Source: Ignicoccus islandicus DSM 13165
Lineage (GTDB): Archaea > Thermoproteota > Thermoprotei_A > Sulfolobales > Ignicoccaceae
Direction of reading: 5' to 3'
DNA: 32,000 nucleotides
Assembly: GCF_001481685.1 (NCBI RefSeq)
Contig: NZ_CP006867.1
Span: forward strand, 1,320,001-1,352,000
Below, in pieces: positions 26,124 through 32,000 of this stretch (positions are counted from its first letter, which is position 1; each line of letters opens with the position of its first letter). The position numbers and the translations under genes were made by a program. The notes beneath the pieces were generated by a model. That model was not told the DNA's origin. It worked only from the letters and a program-made list of their open reading frames with translations, and did not search any database.

Positions 26124-26567
26124 TCACACCTCCTTGAGGTCTTCTATTATTTTATCGAAGTTTGGCGCGTTAGGTGATAAAATAAATAATGATACAACTG
26201 ATGAATCTTTTAAAATCAATATAAAGAGATGGTTCTGGAATTGATCCTTGCGTGTTTCAACGAAAGCCATTAACTCTTCCAATTCATCTCGGAGTGCCTT
26301 GAAGTACTGTGAATTAAAGTTCTCTATATCATTTAATAGGACTATTGAGGACTCATGTAGTACTATTCGAGGCTTTTCGTTTAAGATCTTTTCTTCTTTC
26401 GGTTTGACCTTATATCCAAGTAACTTGTATTTGAGTAATTCCTTTCTCCCATGAACCATTATTTTAGAGGTTAGTCTGCCTATTTCATCTAGTTCTTTAG
26501 CCATTTCCTCGATGACTTTCTTACTTTTCTCGATAAACTCTTCTGGACCGTGTGCAACTATTATCAT
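26124..26567 (-). CDS. hypothetical charged/coiled-coil-like protein
   Basis: 147-aa, K/E-rich ORF. It has a 4-nt overlap with the upstream gene and a 6-nt gap to the downstream gene. Confidence 0.45.
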   Translation of the reverse strand: MIIVAHGPEEFIEKSKKVIEEMAKELDEIGRLTSKIMVHGRKELLKYKLLGYKVKPKEEKILNEKPRIVLHESSIVLLNDIENFNSQYFKALRDELEELMAFVETRKDQFQNHLFILILKDSSVVSLFILSPNAPNFDKIIEDLKEV

Positions 26568-27301
26568 ATCTTAATGACCCCCGTAACTACTTCTCGTGCC
26601 TTATTGATAAGGTTCTCATCAATTACGAAATTGATTGGTGCACAGTAAGTTGGTTTAGAAAATGTTACTATCCACTTACCTGAGCTTCCAAGGGGGTATT
26701 GGAAGGCATCCACACCGTAGATCGCACCCACTTGTTCTGGCATAGTTAGAGAGGCACCTATTATCGTTTTATTACATTTCACTACATCCAATATCCATCT
26801 ATCGTTTACTGAGACTATATTATACGCTACATCTTCTTCCGATCCTAGGAGTTCTCTAAGTTCCGAAGGTGGATCAGGAACATCGAGTAACATACTTCCC
26901 CAATTATCCGTATCTACTGAAACGGACGAAGGTTCGAATAATTGAACTACCGGTATTACCGTGCCGTTCAAAACGAGCGCTTCTCTTACTCTTATTTCTT
27001 TAACTAGTGTTAAGAGAGATTCGGGCGATTCTAGTTTTATGTAGTCTGGGTCCATCATCTCTATGAATAGTTCCTCCGAACTCATCTTTATGAACGTTAT
27101 TTCTATTTTACTTGGAATTGAAAACGCCGCCAAGTCACCTTTGAATGCTATCGCTACACCATCTGTAATGAGAATATCTAGCGGTGGCCATTTTACATTG
27201 AGTCTCCCGCTTAATCCAGCACTCCTAATTTCTTGTAGTGCTTCGAAGAGCGTATTGAATTTCTTATAGAACGTGCCACAACTCCAACAGACGTTACTCA
27301 T
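26564..27301 (-). CDS. hypothetical protein with N-terminal CxxC and two DUF4388/PATAN-like modules
   Basis: The first module is MSNVCWSCG...LFEALQEIRSAGLSGRLNVKWPPLDILITDGVAIAF. The second is VNDRWILDVVKCNKTIIGASL...AIYGVDAF. By-eye assignment. Confidence 0.5.
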   Translation of the reverse strand: MSNVCWSCGTFYKKFNTLFEALQEIRSAGLSGRLNVKWPPLDILITDGVAIAFKGDLAAFSIPSKIEITFIKMSSEELFIEMMDPDYIKLESPESLLTLVKEIRVREALVLNGTVIPVVQLFEPSSVSVDTDNWGSMLLDVPDPPSELRELLGSEEDVAYNIVSVNDRWILDVVKCNKTIIGASLTMPEQVGAIYGVDAFQYPLGSSGKWIVTFSKPTYCAPINFVIDENLINKAREVVTGVIKI

Positions 27302-27307
27302 GGCTTC

Positions 27308-27877
27308 CTACCCTGGGACAACCCTTTTTACACCTAATGGAGAGAGGTATTCTAATGCGATTTCCTCAATACGACTCCAAGGCACATCTTCATTACTCTC
27401 TATTCTCAAAAACGCGATCTTCTTTTTCACTTGTAGACTGAAATCCGTTATTTCAATGCCCAAAGCCTCGAGACGATAAAGCAGACCTAGTACTGCTTTT
27501 CCTAAAGCCACAATACCAGCAGAGGAAATGTAGTGAGATTCCGTGTCAAATGTAATTAGAGAGTCGGCGGTCATTTCACTCAAGCTTGAAACTTCCGGTG
27601 GAGGCGCTGAGAACAAGACCGTGACTATATCCTTATCATCGCCTATTTTTTCAAAGAACTTGGAATATTCAACTTCGTTGCCATTTATTGTGGCTTTGAT
27701 AATTTCTCCATTACACATAATTAATATGCCAGAGTTCCCTTTCTTACTATTAAGAATAGTTATTTGAGTACATACTGAAGGCAACATATTTTCAATCGCA
27801 TTACGTATACACTTCAAGCTCCCACTTGAAAGACCGTAAGGAACTTGAGAACTCATAGGTGCATTCTTCCCCATCAT
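27308..27877 (-). CDS. hypothetical protein with DUF4388/PATAN-like module
   Basis: SLKCIRNAIENMLPSVCTQITILNSKKGNSGILIMCNGEIIKATINGNEVEYSKFFEKIG. It is the first gene of the minus operon, with a T/A-rich element directly upstream of the ATG. Confidence 0.5.
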   Translation of the reverse strand: MMGKNAPMSSQVPYGLSSGSLKCIRNAIENMLPSVCTQITILNSKKGNSGILIMCNGEIIKATINGNEVEYSKFFEKIGDDKDIVTVLFSAPPPEVSSLSEMTADSLITFDTESHYISSAGIVALGKAVLGLLYRLEALGIEITDFSLQVKKKIAFLRIESNEDVPWSRIEEIALEYLSPLGVKRVVPG

Positions 27878-27935
27878 GATTTTATTGAAATAAAAATAAA
27901 CTTAGTCATACAGTTAGCTTAGGGGTATAACAGTT
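27878..27935. promoter_or_regulatory. 58-bp AT-rich divergent promoter spacer
   Basis: gattttattgaaataaaaataaacttagtcatacagttagcttaggggtataacagtt. It has TATA-like A/T blocks facing both operons. Confidence 0.4.
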
Positions 27936-28547
27936 TTGGAAGGTGAAGGAAAGGAAACAAAGGGCGTGAGAAAGATTTCAACTACGACCGATATAATGAA
28001 TGCAATTAAAAACGTGGAACGGGGAATTGCAATACTCTTAGTACTTAAGAAGGACTTAACGTGGGAACGCTATATTTTACACATAGAGAATAAAAGGATA
28101 ATTTCCGGTGAACCCAAAATACCCTCTGAACGAGATTTGAAGGATTCATTAATGTCGCTTCTCGTCTTACCACGTGTCCGAATCATCGAGGAAGGAATCG
28201 AAAGAATGGTTGAAAGCGCGGGGCTTGACGTGGAGACCCTTCCGGAAGATGTGAAGAGGCTAGTTCAACTAATTCCGGGTATTGAACTGTTCATTCCAGA
28301 CAAGGAACTTGTGGAAGCTAACGTGAGCGAAACTGTTATCCCAATAAATGAAGTAGTGGACGAAGTCGTTAGGATAGTTGAGAACATGATTGAGGAAATG
28401 GGTCTCAAAGGTGAGGTAAAAGTAGTAAACAGAGAGTTAAATATTGTAATCAGTAAGAGGGTTCCGAAGAAACTGGTACAACGATTAGAAAAAGCTCTCA
28501 AGGCAAGGTTAGGCGATATGTATGAGATCAAAATAACTACGGGGTGA
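27936..28547 (+). CDS. hypothetical protein with DUF4388/PATAN-like module
   Basis: DIMNAIKNVERGIAILLVLKKDLTWERYILHIENKRIISGE. The start is uncertain: TTG at 27936, GTG at 27966 or ATG at 27996. Confidence 0.45.
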   Translation: MEGEGKETKGVRKISTTTDIMNAIKNVERGIAILLVLKKDLTWERYILHIENKRIISGEPKIPSERDLKDSLMSLLVLPRVRIIEEGIERMVESAGLDVETLPEDVKRLVQLIPGIELFIPDKELVEANVSETVIPINEVVDEVVRIVENMIEEMGLKGEVKVVNRELNIVISKRVPKKLVQRLEKALKARLGDMYEIKITTG

Positions 28548-28554
28548 TGTAGAA

Positions 28555-29469
28555 ATGATACTATTCTTCGGTAAGAAGAAGAAAAAGAGAGAAGATACTG
28601 TCATTGTAGGGGTAGAGAAGGATAACGTCTTCGGAACTATGAGTCCTAAAGGAGGAGTTGGAAAAACTAGCATAACTGTTGAAGTAGCATCATTAATTAC
28701 ACTCAAGGATATGTCAGTTGCACTAGTTGACTGGGATCTGTGGTCTCCTAGGCTCACGAGCAGGTTAATTGGAGTAAACGAAGGTCCTGGCCTCTTAGAA
28801 CTCCTCTTAGGTGAAGCAGAGCCTGACGAGGTACTCAGAAACGTCGATTTCACTACGACCTCCGGTAAATTAATTCGATTCAAAGTTGTGCCTGCTTCCG
28901 ATAAAGAGGCGTTAACCAAGGGCTTAATGAAGAGGTTAGCAACTGAATTGGAAGAAAAGTACGATGAGATAAAGGAAAGAGCAATTAATCTCTCGAATTA
29001 CTTAGCTAGTACCACTGACATCGTCTTTAATGATTATCCCGTACCAAGCGGCCCAGCTCCAGCTCCCTTCCATAAAATTGCAGCTAGCGCCACCCATTGG
29101 CTAAATATAGTCATAGATGCTGTCCCAACAACTGCGGAGTACGCGGCAAGATACGTAGAGATGTTCTACCCAACTCTCCCGATATTCATCGTATTCGTAA
29201 ACATGATAAGACCAGTTCATCACGAATATAGCGCGGCTGTTGCGAGAGCACCCGAGCTATGTAAGAAGTTCGCTGCTAAGTACGTAGCCTTCGTTCCATT
29301 CGACGGTAAGCTTTACGACGTAAAAGTATCTGGGGCAGCTCCCCCAGCAAGTATAAACTATAAGCCCACGGAGTCTGACGCTCTAAAAGTACTTCGAGAT
29401 GCTGCTATGAAGATAGCGCGTAGAGAGAACCCAGCTGGATGCGTTGCATTACACTTGAAAGTACTCTAA
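28555..29469 (+). CDS. MinD/ParA-family (SIMIBI) P-loop ATPase
   Basis: Deviant Walker A with signature lysine (SPKGGVGKTS), Walker A' (ALVDWDLWSP), a MinD-like GLLELLLGEAEPDEVL segment, and Walker B (DIVFNDYP). The N-terminal lysine-rich tail reads FFGKKKKKRED. Confidence 0.75.
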   Translation: MILFFGKKKKKREDTVIVGVEKDNVFGTMSPKGGVGKTSITVEVASLITLKDMSVALVDWDLWSPRLTSRLIGVNEGPGLLELLLGEAEPDEVLRNVDFTTTSGKLIRFKVVPASDKEALTKGLMKRLATELEEKYDEIKERAINLSNYLASTTDIVFNDYPVPSGPAPAPFHKIAASATHWLNIVIDAVPTTAEYAARYVEMFYPTLPIFIVFVNMIRPVHHEYSAAVARAPELCKKFAAKYVAFVPFDGKLYDVKVSGAAPPASINYKPTESDALKVLRDAAMKIARRENPAGCVALHLKVL

Positions 29470-29490
29470 TCTTAGAAATATTATAGGTAG

Positions 29491-29817
29491 GTGATTAGCG
29501 TGAATCAGTGGAAGGAAGAGATACGAAAGGTCCCCGGATATGAAATAGAATGGTACGCCGTGTTCGAAATTACTGAAGGTAATCTAGAATTGCTTGACAA
29601 GGAATCAGTCTCTATTGAGGTCCTACGTAAAATAGAGCCTATGGTAGCTAGTGTGATTCATGACTTAAAAGCCATTTCGGAAGCAGAACTGAGAGACGAA
29701 CCTATGGAGAAAAGGAAGTTAGACGTACTTGTTAATACAGAGAAAGGATTTATTAGTATGAGTTTAGTGTCCGATAGCATACTTGTAATCGCTTCACTGA
29801 GAAAGAAAGAATTTTAA
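29491..29817 (+). CDS. Roadblock/LC7 (MglB-like) domain protein, candidate
   Basis: 108 aa. EEIRKVPGYEIEWYAVFEITEGNLE ... LDVLVNTEKGFISMSLVSDSILVIASL fits the Robl_LC7 pattern (vpGv.ga.lv..dG ... vlveTekGyvvl......Lvvla). GTG start. Confidence 0.5.
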   Translation: MISVNQWKEEIRKVPGYEIEWYAVFEITEGNLELLDKESVSIEVLRKIEPMVASVIHDLKAISEAELRDEPMEKRKLDVLVNTEKGFISMSLVSDSILVIASLRKKEF

Positions 29818-30185
29818 AGTCTTATTATAGCAACCCTAGGTCTCAATCCATCCCATATCGCTTCAACTTCTATTTCGGATTCTAATTCTGGTTCCGAAAA
29901 GATTGATCTAAATATAGCTATTGAGGACCGTAGTGTACTTAGGGACTTCATCGTATATGTGAGAACCCTCAGGGTCTGCTTAATTACCATTTCCTTATTC
30001 GGATCGACCAATATGGTTATACCAGGATAACTAGCGGAACCCTCGCCTTCTCCAGTCCATTCCTCTTCTATGATATTTAGAACTCTCTGAAGGTTCTCTT
30101 TACTTATATTAACTGAGTTCTCCATATCAGATAGAAGTTCTTTTAGACTATTGTACTTCTTTACTTCTAAAGGCATTTCCACCAA
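29814..30185 (-). CDS. hypothetical protein
   Basis: 123-aa ORF starting 16 nt downstream of the pepA stop, co-directional. Its stop overlaps the stop of the convergent 29491-29817 gene. Confidence 0.4.
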   Translation of the reverse strand: MVEMPLEVKKYNSLKELLSDMENSVNISKENLQRVLNIIEEEWTGEGEGSASYPGITILVDPNKEMVIKQTLRVLTYTMKSLSTLRSSIAIFRSIFSEPELESEIEVEAIWDGLRPRVAIIRL

Positions 30186-30200
30186 ACCCCTTCTGTAAAT

Positions 30201-31559
30201 TTATATTGATTCAAACGACTTTAGCATAAGTCGTGTACCCCAACCCGTCGGATAGGGCGAGGCCCACCTTACGTTAGCTTCGTGGGCCATGGCTGGTCCC
30301 GCTATATCGAGGTAGACCCATGGGTCTGGAGCAAACTCTTTCAAGAATAACGCACCTATGATACTTCCAGCTTGTCTCTTAGATGAAATGTTGGTCATAT
30401 CAGCAACTGGATGATCTAAGTCGCTCCTATATTTTTCGTAGAGAGGCATTCTCCAGACGAGTTCGCCTGTGTACTTAGATGCCTCTTCAATTAGTTTAGC
30501 GTAGTCGTCGGAGGTTGAGTATAATGCTGCAATATCGTAACCTAGAGCGATTATTTGCGCGCCAGTTAACGTTGCCAGGGTAAAAGTGACTTGAGGAGAG
30601 AATTTCTTGATGTAAGTTAGGGCATCAGCCAGTATAAGTCTTCCTTCAGCGTCAGTATTGCCTATATGTACGTATTTTCCAGAATAGCTCCTTATCACGT
30701 CTTCCATCTTATATGCCCTACCAGAAACGAGGTTTTCAGCTAAGGGAACGATGGTAGTTAGCTTCACTTTCAAGCCTAGTTTGGCTGCCCAGATAGTTGC
30801 TGCCGCAGCGACAGCAGCGCCTGACATATCAGCATGCATATTCTTCATATAGTTCGCGGGCTTCAGGTTGTAACCTCCAGAATCGAAGGTAACTCCCTTT
30901 CCTACCAGCCCTACCCTTCTTCCTTCTCCATCATAGTGAAGTATCAGTAACTTCGGTGGTATGTCGGAGCCCTTGCCTACTGCTAGTAGTAACTCTAACC
31001 CCTCTTTTTTGAGATCATCTTGATCTAACACCGTAACGTCTATAGGTAAACCCTTCGCTTGATCCATTACTAATTTAGGAAAGGTTGAAGGGTTGAGTTG
31101 GTTAGGAGGTTCCGATGCTAGTTCTCTTGCGAACATCTGTGCTTCTGAATGAAGCAATGCTCTCTTAACTTCACCTCTCTCGCAGTTATCTACGACGAAA
31201 TATATTCTTCGTTCCTTTTTATTGGATTTATACTTATCGAACTGCCATGAAGTTAGTGCAGTACCCGTGATGATGGGGTAGGGATCATCCACATCTCGCA
31301 AATCAACTACCGAAACCCTGAAGCTTTTCAAGGATCTGCCTATCTTATAGCCGGTCTCTATGTCATTCTTCTTTCCTAAGACCAGTAGTTTTAATTCAGT
31401 GCCTTCCTTGTAAAGGACCGGTTCTATTGACTCGACGTCCTCTGGTAAGACCAGCTGCGGAAGGGTATTCTGGAACTCGTTTCTATCTTCAATTATGTTT
31501 ACCTTAATACCGGGTATGGAAGAGGGATCCGAAGTCGTGCATTTGATTTCTAGAGGAAT
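30201..31559 (-). CDS. pepA: M17 leucyl aminopeptidase
   Basis: VGKGVTFDSGGYNLKP and GNTDAEGRLILADAL catalytic motifs. The in-frame N-terminal domain (IPLEIKCTTSDPSSIPGIKVNIIEDRNEF...LLVLGKKNDIETGYKIGRS) continues 77 codons upstream of the track TTG (31331) to a stop at 31563-31565. The true start is uncertain (see finding). Confidence 0.85.
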   Translation of the reverse strand: MPLEIKCTTSDPSSIPGIKVNIIEDRNEFQNTLPQLVLPEDVESIEPVLYKEGTELKLLVLGKKNDIETGYKIGRSLKSFRVSVVDLRDVDDPYPIITGTALTSWQFDKYKSNKKERRIYFVVDNCERGEVKRALLHSEAQMFARELASEPPNQLNPSTFPKLVMDQAKGLPIDVTVLDQDDLKKEGLELLLAVGKGSDIPPKLLILHYDGEGRRVGLVGKGVTFDSGGYNLKPANYMKNMHADMSGAAVAAAATIWAAKLGLKVKLTTIVPLAENLVSGRAYKMEDVIRSYSGKYVHIGNTDAEGRLILADALTYIKKFSPQVTFTLATLTGAQIIALGYDIAALYSTSDDYAKLIEEASKYTGELVWRMPLYEKYRSDLDHPVADMTNISSKRQAGSIIGALFLKEFAPDPWVYLDIAGPAMAHEANVRWASPYPTGWGTRLMLKSFESI

Positions 31560-31613
31560 TTTTTACTCACCGTGTATACCCTTTACGTGAAGGGGAAATT
31601 ACTGTTTTCATAT

Positions 31614-31667
31614 GCGATGAGGAGACCACGGCAAGACTGAAGAAGTGATGTATCAGAGTTACGCTGA
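31614..31667 (+). ncRNA. candidate C/D-box sRNA
   Basis: GCGATGA (C) - 16 nt - CTGA (D', 31637-31640) - agaa - GTGATGT (C', 31645-31651) - 12 nt ATCAGAGTTACG - CTGA (D, 31664-31667). GC/GC termini can pair. It is 54 nt long in a 120-bp intergenic gap, with the same geometry as the 18799 candidate. Confidence 0.5.
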
Positions 31668-31682
31668 GCTCAAACTAATTCC

Positions 31683-32000
31683 TTAGACTATTCCAAGCAG
31701 AATTAGAAATATATACATAATGAGCGCAATTAGTATTGATTGGACTATCGACTTTAGATCTATTTTACTTTCCGTAAAACCTCTACCTGCTAATACCATT
31801 AGAATAAGGCCAAGAACGTTAGTAAACGAATAACCTATCCAGTAGCCGATTTTCGTGTCTATCATGCAACATACTTGAAGTATCTTTGATATTGCAAGAG
31901 ATAATGGGACGTTAACGAATGCGTCGTTCCATGGAGTTAATGGCGATAACAACCATCCAATAATTCCTATGGATATGCGGATCAGTTGCGCCGGGCGTTT
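31683..32000 (-). CDS. hypothetical small membrane protein (open to window end)
   Basis: The hydrophobic ORF stays open upstream of the track TTG (31952) to position 32000 (…KRPAQLIRISIGIIGW-LSPLTPWNDAFVNVP…). The 5' end may therefore lie outside the window. Confidence 0.45.
   Translation of the reverse strand, partial: KRPAQLIRISIGIIGWLLSPLTPWNDAFVNVPLSLAISKILQVCCMIDTKIGYWIGYSFTNVLGLILMVLAGRGFTESKIDLKSIVQSILIALIMYIFLILLGIV

Noticed and set aside
1-32000. Searched for CRISPR arrays, rRNA/tRNA genes, transposases or integrases, toxin-antitoxin pairs and known defence-system signatures
   Set aside because: There are no regularly spaced 24-40-bp repeats, no T-loop or acceptor-stem patterns, and no DDE, tyrosine- or serine-recombinase motifs. 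Nothing resembles Cas, restriction-modification or Dnd gene sets beyond the generic PAPS-reductase-like fold already discussed.

Overview
AT-rich, densely packed archaeal chromosomal segment. The gene content looks like a thermoacidophilic crenarchaeon (Sulfolobales-like): PCNA, archaeal Pth2, Trm10, Lrp/AsnC, split MetE, Asd, M17 aminopeptidase, MoaA, DtxR-type repressor, and many TTG/GTG starts with very short or overlapping gene junctions. I support about 38 CDS, two candidate C/D-box sRNAs and one iteron-like repeat system. I saw no rRNA, tRNA, CRISPR array, transposase or integrase. All domain calls are by-eye motif reading; no HMM or database search was run. Most noteworthy: (1) 25455-29817, a divergent seven-gene cluster of four paralogous DUF4388/PATAN-like proteins, a MinD/ParA-type ATPase and a Roadblock/LC7-like protein, with no function I know of. 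(2) 12446-15431, a membrane-anchored HerA/VirB4-like ATPase paired with a 520-aa polytopic membrane protein, possibly Ced/Ted-like DNA transport. (3) 21015-22772, a P-loop ATPase with a winged-helix gene, bracketed on both sides by about 16 copies of a TTTGGACAA motif, including a 7-copy array at 11-bp helical phasing. (4) 5264-8004, a radical-SAM plus TtuA-like PP-loop operon with unusual features. (5) A C/D-box sRNA candidate next to trm10 whose guide complements the conserved tRNA D-arm. (6) Two conserved genes (moaA, pepA) whose canonical start codons are each out of frame by one nucleotide across a homopolymer run.
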